NCBI GenBank assembly: GCA_035549295.1
Contig: DASZRG010000033.1
Coordinates: 2,304 to 66,303 of the forward strand
Length of the DNA: 64,000 nucleotides
Direction of reading: 5' to 3'
DNA from: Patescibacteria group bacterium
GTDB lineage: Bacteria > Patescibacteriota > Microgenomatia > Levybacterales > GWA1-39-11
The notes beneath the pieces were generated by a model. That model saw only the letters and a program-made list of their open reading frames with translations, was not told where the DNA came from and did no database searches. Of the stretch, positions 50,233 through 60,192 are shown piece by piece (within the stretch, counting starts at the first letter, position 1; each line of letters begins with the position of its first letter). Position numbers and translations under genes: made by a program.

Positions 50233-50994
50233 ATGCCAGAAGAAACTTCAAAAGACGGTCCCCCATCAGAAAGTCATTTGATCCCCATAGGAGAAAATGG
50301 GATGCAGCCAACAGGATTGAAAAGCAAATTATCAGTGGGACTCCATGAAGTCGGACGCAGAATTAAACATGAACCTTCAGATGAGGAAGTAGTTACACTT
50401 GCCGGCGATGTGTTAAAAAAACTTCTCGAAGGTATTGAGGAAGGAGGTACAGTTTCGCTTTTCAACGATATCAAAAGCGGTGATCTTGTAACTGCTGTAT
50501 TTCATGGTGAATTCACTTCTGCAAAAATCCCACATTTAGATGTCTCCTTGTGGAAAAAGGAAAGGAAGCCAAATGATGAAACACTTTCAACGCAGAAACA
50601 GCTTTTTAATGAAACAGAGGCTAGAATTTCTTTACAGGCAAGCGAAGCCTCACCTCTAAGAAGATCTCTTGTTATTAGACAGTTATGGGACGCGCCGGAA
50701 AATGATTATAGCGTTGTTTTTGTGAGAGATATTGATAATGAATCGGTAAACACAGCTCTACCACGCCGAAATAGCGAGAAAGTAAAATTTATGCAAGATA
50801 TCCTTGAAACCAAAGTTGATGTTGCTGCAAACGAAGCTCATTTTGGCCGACCTTACTTTCCTGGAGATACAAGATCTGCAACTAGACCGGGTGATAAAGC
50901 AGACCATACCATGCATTGGGTACGAGACGTAAAAGACCGCTTACCTCTATTAACAGCTCACGCCCCCGCACTCATTACAGGACCTAGTGAATAA
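50233..50994 (+). CDS. hypothetical protein
   Basis: 253-aa ORF; TGGTAAAGT 6 nt upstream. Confidence 0.75.
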   Translation: MPEETSKDGPPSESHLIPIGENGMQPTGLKSKLSVGLHEVGRRIKHEPSDEEVVTLAGDVLKKLLEGIEEGGTVSLFNDIKSGDLVTAVFHGEFTSAKIPHLDVSLWKKERKPNDETLSTQKQLFNETEARISLQASEASPLRRSLVIRQLWDAPENDYSVVFVRDIDNESVNTALPRRNSEKVKFMQDILETKVDVAANEAHFGRPYFPGDTRSATRPGDKADHTMHWVRDVKDRLPLLTAHAPALITGPSE

Positions 50995-51242
50995 TAAGTT
51001 CTCAACCTCCAAAGGCGGGCAAGCATAGGGACTCAGGAGAAGTTCTAATTGGTTTTGAATACTTTTACTTGACGTGCAGTCCCTAATTCTTCTGCGGTCA
51101 TTTGTTTTGGCCACAACAGGTCCCTTGAGCTACCGTAAATGGGAATGCGCCATCGCTGCTTGCACTGAACAAAGCGAATGTGTTGAACTGATATTGTTTG
51201 ATGTGCTTATACTACTCTTCAAACTTTGTTAAACTAGCAAGG

Positions 51243-51821
51243 ATGGCAAACAAAGATCATATCAATCAGGGACTATTACTTGAATATATCACTCTACTAT
51301 GGAATGTTGTTGGGTGCGTAGTGGTTGTATTTGCCGCTTATACGGCGAGATCAGTTGCGCTTCTAGGATTTGGAATAGATAGTTTGATTGAAATTTTTGC
51401 TTCAATTGTCGTTGTATGGCAGCTTAAATCAATCAACAAAGATAAAGAAAAATTTGCCGAGCATCTCATCTGTATGGCATTTTTACTCCTTGCGGCCTAT
51501 ATCTTAATTCAGTCAATAATTGTTTTGTTTACACAGTTTCATGCGAGCAACTCACCTCTTGGAATTTTCTGGCTTGCGATAACTGCTGTTGCAATGTACC
51601 TTTTAGCATTTGGCAAATCAAGGGTTGGCAAAAAATTGAATAATCCCGTACTCATGAAGGAAGCAAAAGTTACACTAGTTGACGGATTTCTTGCAACAAG
51701 CGTACTTGTCGGACTTCTTCTACAGGCATTATTTAAATTCTGGTGGGCAGATCCACTCACGGGATTTGTAATTGTTTATTATGGAGTAAAAGAAGGCCTC
51801 CACACATTTGATAATCATTAG
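51243..51821 (+). CDS. CDF-family cation transporter (TM domain only)
   Basis: SVALLGFGIDSLIE and WWADP motifs; ATG 51243. Confidence 0.8.
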   Translation: MANKDHINQGLLLEYITLLWNVVGCVVVVFAAYTARSVALLGFGIDSLIEIFASIVVVWQLKSINKDKEKFAEHLICMAFLLLAAYILIQSIIVLFTQFHASNSPLGIFWLAITAVAMYLLAFGKSRVGKKLNNPVLMKEAKVTLVDGFLATSVLVGLLLQALFKFWWADPLTGFVIVYYGVKEGLHTFDNH

Positions 51822-51915
51822 AATTATGTATTAAAGTATAGAAACTTAACGCTTCCACTGATATGGTTTGATACCATTGACAACTCCAAATACATAGGTG
51901 CTATACTGTCTCACT

Positions 51916-52260
51916 ATGGCAAATAAAACTGTAAATACTCCTGCCACCATTGTTGACGTTAACAAGGCTTTGAAGAGTTCTGAAAAGGTTTTGAGAACTG
52001 AAATATTAAGAGTTGAGGAACGTGTTGAAAGAGTTGAGGAACGCGTTGAAAGAGTTGAGGAACGCGTTGAAAGAGTTGAGATAAAGCTTACGTCAATGGA
52101 CGCAAAACTTGATAAGATTTCTAATCAATTGGATGGTTTTGTAGGAAGAGTTGATGATTTATCAAATGATAACGAAATTGGCACTGATCATATCCATGAA
52201 CTACGCAAAACCACAAAGGACCACGAGAAAAGAATTGCAAAACTTGAATCTGTAAACTAA
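51916..52260 (+). CDS. coiled-coil protein with heptad tandem repeat
   Basis: RVEERVE repeated three times; terminal HEKRIAKLE. Confidence 0.75.
   Translation: MANKTVNTPATIVDVNKALKSSEKVLRTEILRVEERVERVEERVERVEERVERVEIKLTSMDAKLDKISNQLDGFVGRVDDLSNDNEIGTDHIHELRKTTKDHEKRIAKLESVN
52009..52080. repeat. 21-bp tandem repeat (about 3.4 units)
   Basis: AGAGTTGAGGAACGYGTTGAA. Confidence 0.9.
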
Positions 52261-52808
52261 TCTGATAACTCTTCTCTTTTTATTACCATTATGTCGGTTA
52301 GATCGGGGTCGTCGGGGATTTGTACAGTTTTGACATATTTAAATCCTACTTTCTCATATGCCTTGATAGCTCTTTTGTTATCTGGTTCTGGACCAATAAT
52401 ACAAGTTGTTATATCTGGATTGGCGAATACAATTTCCTTTAGAAATTTTTTTAACATCATACTCCCAAATCCGCGTCCTACAAAATCCTGCTCACCGATA
52501 AATAGGTCAACGCTCGCAGTGTGGTCGTCGTAACCAACATACTGTCCAAATTCCTCCCAATAATCATTCACTTTATAATTTTGAATGTATGCGACAGGTT
52601 TAATATCGTATAAAACGAGATGAGGTGCTGTAGGTTTGTTCCCAATAATTTTTGGGTCGTAACGCTTGGCAACCTCTTCAAGCGAGTTATCTTTATCTTT
52701 GTCGTACCACTCATGGACATGAGGCTCAGACAACCATCTTTGCATAAGAGGCAGATCCTCCGATAGGAGTTTTCTAAATGAAATTTTACCCTCATCAAAC
52801 ATATCCAA
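52257..52808 (-). CDS. GNAT acetyltransferase, AAC(6')-Ib/siderophore-type fold
   Basis: WLSEPHVHEW, DLFIGE..GRGFG and PEPDNKRAIKAYEKVGF motifs. Confidence 0.85.
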   Translation of the reverse strand: MDMFDEGKISFRKLLSEDLPLMQRWLSEPHVHEWYDKDKDNSLEEVAKRYDPKIIGNKPTAPHLVLYDIKPVAYIQNYKVNDYWEEFGQYVGYDDHTASVDLFIGEQDFVGRGFGSMMLKKFLKEIVFANPDITTCIIGPEPDNKRAIKAYEKVGFKYVKTVQIPDDPDLTDIMVIKREELSD

Positions 52809-52873
52809 ATTGTAACACGAAGATATGACACAACGATATTTGGAAGCAAACAGTTAACTGATATAATCACAGT

Positions 52874-53575
52874 ATGGGTGCGGAAGAAAAAGTAAGTCTC
52901 AAAATTCTTGAGGAGCTAGGAGCAAAGCCATCTATAAGCGAAGAGCACGGCTTAGCTTTAATCAGAGACACGGATCTTAAAATATTTAGTCCGGGGATAA
53001 GTACGGCGGGTTTTGCAGAAATCCGCATGGCAAACGGAAATCCTGATCGACATATTGTAGCAACAACTATCGACCAACAAGGTCTTGAATTCGCTAATCA
53101 AGTAATTGGCGAAGTAGGATTGCAAGATCGCATCAAAACAAAACTTGAAGACCTTCGAGATGGTGGATATCCTGATGATTCGTTTGATTTTATTTATGCA
53201 CGCTTAGTGCTCCACTATCTTTCAACTCAAGACTTGGATTTAGTCTTAGGCAAACTGGCAAAATCTCTAAAATATGAAGGAAGAATGTTTGTGGTAGTAA
53301 GATCTGAGAAAAATATGGATAGAACAGACCCCAATGTAACTTATGATTCAGCTACGAAACTTACCACGTATCCAACTTACAGACCAGATGGATCTATCAA
53401 TGCAAAACATACTAGATACTTTCATACACCCGAATCGATTACTTCTCATTTTGGAAATGCAGGTCTTAAGGTAAATGATTTACAAGAATATGAGGAACAA
53501 CTTTATGGTGATTTTATGAGAAAAGAAATTTCTCAGACAAAAGATCATGTTATTGAGTTTATCGCCACAAAATAA
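52874..53575 (+). CDS. class I SAM-dependent methyltransferase
   Basis: DDSFDFIYARLVLHY ... LKYEGRM. Confidence 0.8.
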   Translation: MGAEEKVSLKILEELGAKPSISEEHGLALIRDTDLKIFSPGISTAGFAEIRMANGNPDRHIVATTIDQQGLEFANQVIGEVGLQDRIKTKLEDLRDGGYPDDSFDFIYARLVLHYLSTQDLDLVLGKLAKSLKYEGRMFVVVRSEKNMDRTDPNVTYDSATKLTTYPTYRPDGSINAKHTRYFHTPESITSHFGNAGLKVNDLQEYEEQLYGDFMRKEISQTKDHVIEFIATK

Positions 53576-53596
53576 ATTGTTTTAGTTTCTTATTGA

Positions 53597-54847
53597 ATGA
53601 AAACGCGATACAAGAAATTATTTATAAATTACAAATATGAGATTATTTTATTTGTAACTTTTATTTTTCTTCGCTTCTTTGAGCTTTATGGGAGAGGATT
53701 TGTAGGATGGGATCAAACCGACAGCGCATGGGCAACGTATAGAATACTCACCCAAAACTTTTTCACTTTGCAGGGCGTGCCTATTAAAGGAAATGCCGGG
53801 ATGTATCTTGGGCCTCTATATTACTATCTCATCACCCCATTCTACTTTATAACCCGCATGGATATGAGCGCATCACTATTCTTTGCTGGAGTTGTAAGTA
53901 TAGTAAGTGTTGTTATTTTCTTTTATATAACCAAACAACTTTTTGATAAACAAACTGCATTGGTTTCAACTGTTATCTATACGTTTTCGGTAGGTGTCGT
54001 GGCAGCAGATCGCATACAAGCGGCATATATTCTTATCCCGATTATTTCTTTTGCATTTTTCTATTGTCTGTATCGATTCCTTACAGGAAATGAAAAATAC
54101 TTGTTATACGCGGCGATAGTTATCGGATTTGGGTTTCATGCCCATTTCACAACAGTCTTCTATCTAATAATTCTTCTACTTACACTCCCATTCTTCCCAA
54201 GAACCAAAAGAACTCTTCAGTATGGACTTTATAGTCTGCTTGCTTTTGCAGTCTTCACTTTTCCACTATGGATACCTCTTCTTTTTAAACACGCAGGGTC
54301 TAATTCAATACTTTCGTATTTGTCATCATCAAATCACGGCTTCCATTTAGTAAGGCTCTGGCAACTTCGCAACGACGCATTTATTAGCTTTCAGAATATA
54401 TTCCAATTACCCGTGCTTAGACCTCTCGTATTCCTACTTATTCCACTATTTGCTTATGTTTTAAAAAAATCAAAGTCAGAGAAAATTATTTTCATATATC
54501 TAACTGTGCTTTGGGTAATCATTCCGTGGATTGCTTTTTCGATGTACAACGGGGAAATAACAGACTATTATTTCTCGCTACCCAGAAATTTGGGATTTAT
54601 GATGATGGGAGTTATTCTGGTTGCGTTATTCAAATCTAAAAACCAAATTATCAAATACTTTCCAGCGCTACTGCTTGTTGTATATGCGGCATACAATTTA
54701 TATTTATTCAACGGACTTCCCAAAGGCAATTATCTCAGTGTTACAGAAAATGCCAAATACAATCTCGCGGCCCACAAGAAGCTTAAATTTATAGATCGCG
54801 ACCCCAATTATTACACATACTACATTTATTCACTGCGGAAAAAATAA
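53597..54847 (+). CDS. GT-C (ArnT/PMT-like) membrane glycosyltransferase
   Basis: WDQ, LGPLYYY and many TM helices. Confidence 0.8.
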   Translation: MKTRYKKLFINYKYEIILFVTFIFLRFFELYGRGFVGWDQTDSAWATYRILTQNFFTLQGVPIKGNAGMYLGPLYYYLITPFYFITRMDMSASLFFAGVVSIVSVVIFFYITKQLFDKQTALVSTVIYTFSVGVVAADRIQAAYILIPIISFAFFYCLYRFLTGNEKYLLYAAIVIGFGFHAHFTTVFYLIILLLTLPFFPRTKRTLQYGLYSLLAFAVFTFPLWIPLLFKHAGSNSILSYLSSSNHGFHLVRLWQLRNDAFISFQNIFQLPVLRPLVFLLIPLFAYVLKKSKSEKIIFIYLTVLWVIIPWIAFSMYNGEITDYYFSLPRNLGFMMMGVILVALFKSKNQIIKYFPALLLVVYAAYNLYLFNGLPKGNYLSVTENAKYNLAAHKKLKFIDRDPNYYTYYIYSLRKK

Positions 54848-54881
54848 GACTTCCAACTAGCGATAATATATAATTGTGTTT

Positions 54882-55469
54882 ATGTCGAAGGATCGCGTTG
54901 AGGGATTTAGTGATGGAGTATTTGCAGTGGCGCTCACACTGCTTGTCTTGGGAATTAGAATTCCAAATATTCCAGCACATTCTACTTCAACCGAATATCT
55001 TTCATTGATGGCGCCAATCATTCCGAGCGTTATAAGTTTTATACTTTCTTTTGTAATTATTTCTGTGCATTGGATCAATCATCATTATTTCTTCCGTCAT
55101 CTGCATAGTACTCCGATAAAAATTGTTTGGATGAATAATTTCTTTCTTCTCTGGATATGCTTCATGCCTTTTCCGACGGCAATGCTCGGAAGCCACCCTA
55201 CCGACCAATTTCCTCTAATTTTATTTGCAATAAACCAATTGCTTTGTGCACTAACTTTTTTTGGATTTAGAATTTACGCGACAAATAAAAAGCTATATGT
55301 CGGAGAAAAGGAATCAGAAAGATATTTTGGGCCAAGACACAGTCTACCTGCAATCGCAATTTACACACTTACTATAGTCATTGCATTTGTAAATACTTCA
55401 GCTGCGTTGGCATTCCTACTCCTGGCACCGGTTCTCTACTTCATCCCCAACAAAATAAAACTTGAGTGA
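54882..55469 (+). CDS. TMEM175-family potassium channel
   Basis: RVEGFSDGVFAVALTLL, WINHH and FMPFPT motifs. Confidence 0.9.
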   Translation: MSKDRVEGFSDGVFAVALTLLVLGIRIPNIPAHSTSTEYLSLMAPIIPSVISFILSFVIISVHWINHHYFFRHLHSTPIKIVWMNNFFLLWICFMPFPTAMLGSHPTDQFPLILFAINQLLCALTFFGFRIYATNKKLYVGEKESERYFGPRHSLPAIAIYTLTIVIAFVNTSAALAFLLLAPVLYFIPNKIKLE

Positions 55470-55522
55470 TATAATCGCAATATAATCCGTGAAAATATCT
55501 ATTATTGATGTAGAATTGCCAA

Positions 55523-56233
55523 ATGCTAAAAGATAAAAAAATTATATTAATTGTTGGCGAAGTTGTCTTGCTCGGAGTTATTGTTCTTTTGATTGTGAAT
55601 AAAATCCATTCAAAAATCGAACCTCGCAAACTATCAAGCAAACCGATAGCCACCTTGCAGTCAGCAAAAGCATCACCCAATATAACAATCCCTGGCCCGA
55701 CGATAGATTTATCAAATTTACAAATATATACCAATGACAGATTTGACTATTCTTTCCAATATCCTGCTGGCTGGGAAATTGAAACGATGCCTACCGAAAC
55801 ATCTAAAAATAGTGACGTAAATTCTGCTGACCATATAAGGCTTTACAACATAAAGACTGAACAATTTGAAGAAGGTTGTCGCAAATCCTTTCATACAGGA
55901 TGCTCTATGGAAAATGGTGATCCTGGAATCATGATAACCACTTCCGAAAATAGTGAAGATCTCGATGCTGATGGATATTTCGTCAACGACGTTGCAAAGG
56001 ACATGACTGTATATGGAAAAGAGGGCGCTTGGGAAGTGATAAAAGAATCCAAAAAAGAGACTATCGCAAATCTAACCGTTATATCCGGAGATGTTACTGG
56101 GCCAGGAGGGTTTTCATACTATTATTTCCTAAGTCCTTCTGAAAAAACAGCATTCAGAACAGAACTGCAATTAAACTCAAACAATTCTCAGATTATGAAA
56201 GAAATATTCTCCTCTTTAAAATTCGCAGATTAA
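55523..56233 (+). CDS. membrane-anchored PsbP-like protein
   Basis: TM helix, IYTNDRFDYSFQYPAGW ... IFSSLKF. Confidence 0.75.
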   Translation: MLKDKKIILIVGEVVLLGVIVLLIVNKIHSKIEPRKLSSKPIATLQSAKASPNITIPGPTIDLSNLQIYTNDRFDYSFQYPAGWEIETMPTETSKNSDVNSADHIRLYNIKTEQFEEGCRKSFHTGCSMENGDPGIMITTSENSEDLDADGYFVNDVAKDMTVYGKEGAWEVIKESKKETIANLTVISGDVTGPGGFSYYYFLSPSEKTAFRTELQLNSNNSQIMKEIFSSLKFAD

Positions 56234-56269
56234 TTGACTCGGCATAATATTTCCTGAAATACTTGATAA

Positions 56270-57076
56270 ATGTTAAATACAAAAGTTAAAAAGAGACCTG
56301 TAACAAAACCAAACTTTGCACTCGCCAATTTACTAATATTTTTCTGCCTAACAATTGCTATAGTTGTCGTCGCAACAACCATCATCTTACCAGTATCTAT
56401 CTTCATGTATGTTGCTTTAGTTACCCACCCACCAGCAGGAAGCACCAATTCTACTCCTGCCGCCTCAAGCGAAACATTGTCATACCGCGATGAAACGCTT
56501 GGAGTAAATTTCAATTATCCAATTGGCCTTGGCCGTGCACATGCAATGGATGATGCTCGCAGCAATCAGAATTGGCATAGAATTGACTTTGATAAAGGAG
56601 GTTTTGAAGCAGGATATACAGAAGTTTCAGCAAGTACATCAAATTATGTGCCAGTTGCCGGCGAAGGCAGTCCACACTACTTCGATGGGAAAATAACAAA
56701 TGATGATTCAATCGATTCTGTAAAAAGCAAACTTGAGGCTGCAGATTTCATTCCAGTAAGCGTTGAAAAAGTAAAAAGCAGAATAAGAACGAAAGCATTT
56801 CGCGTATACGTTGCACACTGCTATGGACCATGCTATCTCGAGCGACTTTACATAGTTCCCATCTACAATTCACAATTTTCTGATGTTGTGATACTTAGCG
56901 TTATAGGTGGAACATATGCAAAACTTCCTTCAAATGACCCGCTTCCAATCGACCAGACAAAACAATTTGCAGAAAGAGACGCAAATGCCATCGATCAAGG
57001 AACAGCGTCAAGTCAGATGCTCGCGATTGCTCGCGGAGAAGACATCATATTTAACTCACTATTATTCATCAAGTAA
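56270..57076 (+). CDS. membrane-anchored PsbP-like protein (divergent)
   Basis: TM helix, SYRDETLGVNFNYP ... IFNSLLF. Confidence 0.65.
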   Translation: MLNTKVKKRPVTKPNFALANLLIFFCLTIAIVVVATTIILPVSIFMYVALVTHPPAGSTNSTPAASSETLSYRDETLGVNFNYPIGLGRAHAMDDARSNQNWHRIDFDKGGFEAGYTEVSASTSNYVPVAGEGSPHYFDGKITNDDSIDSVKSKLEAADFIPVSVEKVKSRIRTKAFRVYVAHCYGPCYLERLYIVPIYNSQFSDVVILSVIGGTYAKLPSNDPLPIDQTKQFAERDANAIDQGTASSQMLAIARGEDIIFNSLLFIK

Positions 57077-57118
57077 ATCAAACTAGTCAAAATAGTCCAT
57101 AGACTCGATCCAAACTTG

Positions 57119-57141
57119 CTGCCAAGATCTGATCTTGGCAG
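57119..57141. repeat. perfect inverted repeat
   Basis: CTGCCAAGATC-T-GATCTTGGCAG. Confidence 0.7.
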
Positions 57142-57191
57142 GTAAAACTTCTTTCATTGACTAGCTGAATTTTTCCTGAAATAATTTCTCT

Positions 57192-57581
57192 ATGACCCCT
57201 ACGCAAATAGATCGTTCAACTATGATCAAGGCAGTAATAGTCTCATGGATAGCATTTGGAGTAACATTTATTATTTCTCTACCCCTCATGTTATTTTTCA
57301 TGTGGATTTTGATCTGTGGAGATCGGCCATGTCCTCAATCGGCACTTATTGCATATTTGAGTCTGATTCCAATTGCAGTTAGAGCGTTTATTGCAACAGT
57401 AATTGGATTTATTTTTGTAAACAACAAATATAGGGACCGCGTGAGTAAAAAAACTTTTATTCAACTCTTCTTATGGATCTTAATACCATATTTATTGATT
57501 TATCTCATTCTAATACTTGTATTCAAGCAGACTTGGGAACCTCTTTGGTCACTACTAAATATCTTCGGTATAAAAATGTAG
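57192..57581 (+). CDS. hypothetical membrane protein
   Basis: Three TM segments with a CxxxxC loop. Confidence 0.7.
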   Translation: MTPTQIDRSTMIKAVIVSWIAFGVTFIISLPLMLFFMWILICGDRPCPQSALIAYLSLIPIAVRAFIATVIGFIFVNNKYRDRVSKKTFIQLFLWILIPYLLIYLILILVFKQTWEPLWSLLNIFGIKM

Positions 57582-57687
57582 CAACAAGTCCGTTGACTGG
57601 CTGAATTTTTCCGAAATTATCTACTTATGGCTAAAAAGAAAATCGCTCGCAGACTAAATATACTCTAGTCGTGATATAATCTCCCGC

Positions 57688-58281
57688 ATGGCTATAGAAT
57701 CATTACCAACGCCGATTTCTGCGCCAATAAATCCATATCAACATGCATTTGCAGAAGTTGATGAGTTTTGGGACGTTTATGATCATAGAAATCCTACGCA
57801 ATCAGATTCAGAAGTTTCTAAAATACTTTCAAAGAAGTCTGATCTTGCACTCGCATGGATTGCAAACAGCGACTTCAAACCTGCCAGCGGCAAATTGATC
57901 GAAAGGATGAAGAATTCAAAAATTACGCAATTCTCTGCATTAGTGGAAATTGTTTTACCACTCTACTCAAACGCAAAAAGGACAATCGCAGTTGAAGATT
58001 TTAGAGATGACAATCTATTTTGGTCTGCTGTCCGACACTCTGTAAAGATGGCACCTACCGCAAATCAAGAGGATGTTGCACATTCTGTTGCAAGATTTGT
58101 CCAGAATGTAAACCCAATAAACAGAGCTCTCATCGTGGCTATTCTAAGCAAGCGCGGCGACATTGAAGAAGTTCTTGACCGAGCAGAAACCTTACTTGCC
58201 CCAGACGATGACATTGATAGATATTTATCAAAAATAGAAGATGAAGTGACAGCACTTAGGAAAACAGAACACGCGTCCTAA
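57688..58281 (+). CDS. hypothetical protein
   Basis: 197-aa ORF; TGATATAAT 7 nt upstream. Confidence 0.75.
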   Translation: MAIESLPTPISAPINPYQHAFAEVDEFWDVYDHRNPTQSDSEVSKILSKKSDLALAWIANSDFKPASGKLIERMKNSKITQFSALVEIVLPLYSNAKRTIAVEDFRDDNLFWSAVRHSVKMAPTANQEDVAHSVARFVQNVNPINRALIVAILSKRGDIEEVLDRAETLLAPDDDIDRYLSKIEDEVTALRKTEHAS

Positions 58282-58289
58282 TAATTATC

Positions 58290-58667
58290 TTAGACTTGGG
58301 CGATGAGGAGCTGATTTCCGTCTGGGTCTGCGACACTAAACCATTTGACCCCTGAGCCGGGCCCAAAAAGATCCGTCTTTATTTCTTCAGGCCTTGCGCC
58401 TTTTTCTGACAATTCTTTGTGCGATGCTTCGACACTAGACGCTGTAAAGTACACTTTGAGCGTTCCTGGCTTCATGAGATTTTCATAATTCGTAGTAAGA
58501 GTAATTGTTACACCACCCTCTGGGGGTGTAAGTGATACCCACCAATTATTGTCATCCTGGCGGTAATCTGACTTCACTTGAAGACCTAACTTGTCAACAT
58601 AGAATTCTTTTGCGGCGCCCATGTCTGTTACGCCGACACTGAGCATCATGAATTTGTTTACGATCAT
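58290..58667 (-). CDS. VOC/glyoxalase family protein
   Basis: VTDMGAAKEFYVDKLGL and DPDGN motifs. Confidence 0.9.
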   Translation of the reverse strand: MIVNKFMMLSVGVTDMGAAKEFYVDKLGLQVKSDYRQDDNNWWVSLTPPEGGVTITLTTNYENLMKPGTLKVYFTASSVEASHKELSEKGARPEEIKTDLFGPGSGVKWFSVADPDGNQLLIAQV

Positions 58668-58841
58668 AAAACAATTATACCAGGTTTGATAATCTAGATA
58701 AAAGATTCAGGATAAAGAAAGTAATAAAATAGTTAATAGATAATAGTTAATAGAAATCAGATTTATCGCGAAAATCTCCTCTCATCGAATTATTACGTAT
58801 TTGTATTATTTCTGCACAAATACATATCATAAACTCGATTT

Positions 58842-59903
58842 GTGCTTAGAGAGCCTTTTTCTTATTTACCCTCAAATGAATCACCCTTTACAAGCAGCTT
58901 ACGGAGCGCAACAGTTGCAGAATACGAAGTGGCACGTGATGCGCATCCTGAATATTCAACAGGATTTAATGATCCAAATTTCCTAAAAACTGTTGCGAGG
59001 GCTGAGGGTGGCAGCTTTGAAGTCTTTAAGTGGAATACCTTTGAATCAAAGGGAATTCTTCCAGCTATCGTCGTTAGAAATCATAAAGCTGGAACTGTTA
59101 ACAATGTCCCTATTCGCTATATAGGACCCATTGTCGATGATCCCAAAACACTTCCTACCACCTTAAAATACTTAGGATCCGCGCTGGCAACAAAACTTAT
59201 TTACTTTAACCGAGCATCATTTACACCCGCACTAAATGAGCTCGACCTCCCACAATTCACAGAAAAAGGATTCCAGACTTATGACTTCACAACCTGCGTA
59301 TTACCACTTGATGACTTGAGCCCAGAAGGGCTGCCCATGACGACAAAACCAGACCTGCGACGAAAAATCAGACAAGCAAAAAATGCTGGCCTTATGGTGG
59401 AAGATGCGACTGAGGAAGATATCAAGGTCACACTCCCACGACTTATGAAATATGCCTACAACAGAAGCGGTGAAGAAGTACCTTACGCAGCTAAGCTGCC
59501 TAGCGAACTTTGGAATAGCATGCACGACAAGCCAAATGTCAGGATGGTTGCTGCCAGAATGGGATCTGAGACAATGGCGGTTCTTGTGGCACTTGCCGAT
59601 AAAGATACTATATATAGCATGTGGTATGCACGCTCTTATGATAACCCTGATCTGGATAATTTCGTAATCCTGGAATCGACGATTGGCCATGTAGCTCATG
59701 AGGCTGCCGCGGCGGGCATCACGAAGTATGACCTAGGTGGCGGAACAGCCGGAATAGTCAATTTTAAGCAAAGGATCGGCGCCGAGGTGCAGAATTTCCC
59801 TGTGATCAATTATACGCACCCCTTTGGACAGAAAGTGAAAACCTTAGCTAATTTTGCCAACAAACTGTCATCCCTAAACGCCCACATCCACGGTAGACAA
59901 TAG
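58842..59903 (+). CDS. FemAB/BioF2-like GNAT-fold protein
   Basis: LRRKIRQAKNAGL and YDLGG...FKQRIGA motifs. Confidence 0.75.
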   Translation: MLREPFSYLPSNESPFTSSLRSATVAEYEVARDAHPEYSTGFNDPNFLKTVARAEGGSFEVFKWNTFESKGILPAIVVRNHKAGTVNNVPIRYIGPIVDDPKTLPTTLKYLGSALATKLIYFNRASFTPALNELDLPQFTEKGFQTYDFTTCVLPLDDLSPEGLPMTTKPDLRRKIRQAKNAGLMVEDATEEDIKVTLPRLMKYAYNRSGEEVPYAAKLPSELWNSMHDKPNVRMVAARMGSETMAVLVALADKDTIYSMWYARSYDNPDLDNFVILESTIGHVAHEAAAAGITKYDLGGGTAGIVNFKQRIGAEVQNFPVINYTHPFGQKVKTLANFANKLSSLNAHIHGRQ

Positions 59904-59924
59904 TCAAAATTTAGCCCTATAGTG

Positions 59925-59953
59925 TTGAAAGAGCTCCCCTTTTTTGGTAGAAT
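59925..59953 (+). promoter_or_regulatory. sigma-70 promoter
   Basis: TTGAAA-17 bp-TAGAAT with extended TG. Confidence 0.75.
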
Positions 59954-59959
59954 AGTCTG

Positions 59960-60192
59960 ACACAAAGACAAACCTGAGCGTATTTGCATGCTCTTCTTTT
60001 GTCTTTTTGCACTTTAAAAATACTTTTTACGGAATATTTGCTCCACTCACTCAGATTGTCCCATATAAGTAGATAAATCATTGTCTATTTGTATGGGATA
60101 ATCTTTGCTTGGTTTGTGCCTAGCGTGACGATTCACGACAAGTTACAGCCTGAAAAGCGGAGCAAAGTTATTTTTCACAAACCGGAGGACCC
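59960..60192 (+). ncRNA. highly structured 5' leader with boxA-like motif
   Basis: Hairpin 59964-60006, TGCACTTTAAAAA 60008-60020, 23-bp stem 60053-60104, TTTGCTCC/GGAGCAAA helix, SD GGAGG 60184-60188. Confidence 0.65.

Noticed and set aside
50995-51200. Possible gene remnant or ncRNA in the intergenic stretch
   Set aside because: Only a short minus-strand frame without a convincing start or motif, and no clear structure.
46875-59903. Integron cassette array
   Set aside because: Gene types are cassette-like, but orientations are mixed, each gene has its own promoter, and I found no recurring attC (RYYYAAC...GTTRRRY) or integrase.
59960-60192. Known ncRNA (tmRNA, RNase P, SRP, 6S, group I/II intron) or rRNA fragment
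   Set aside because: No diagnostic motifs recognised; kept as an unassigned structured leader.
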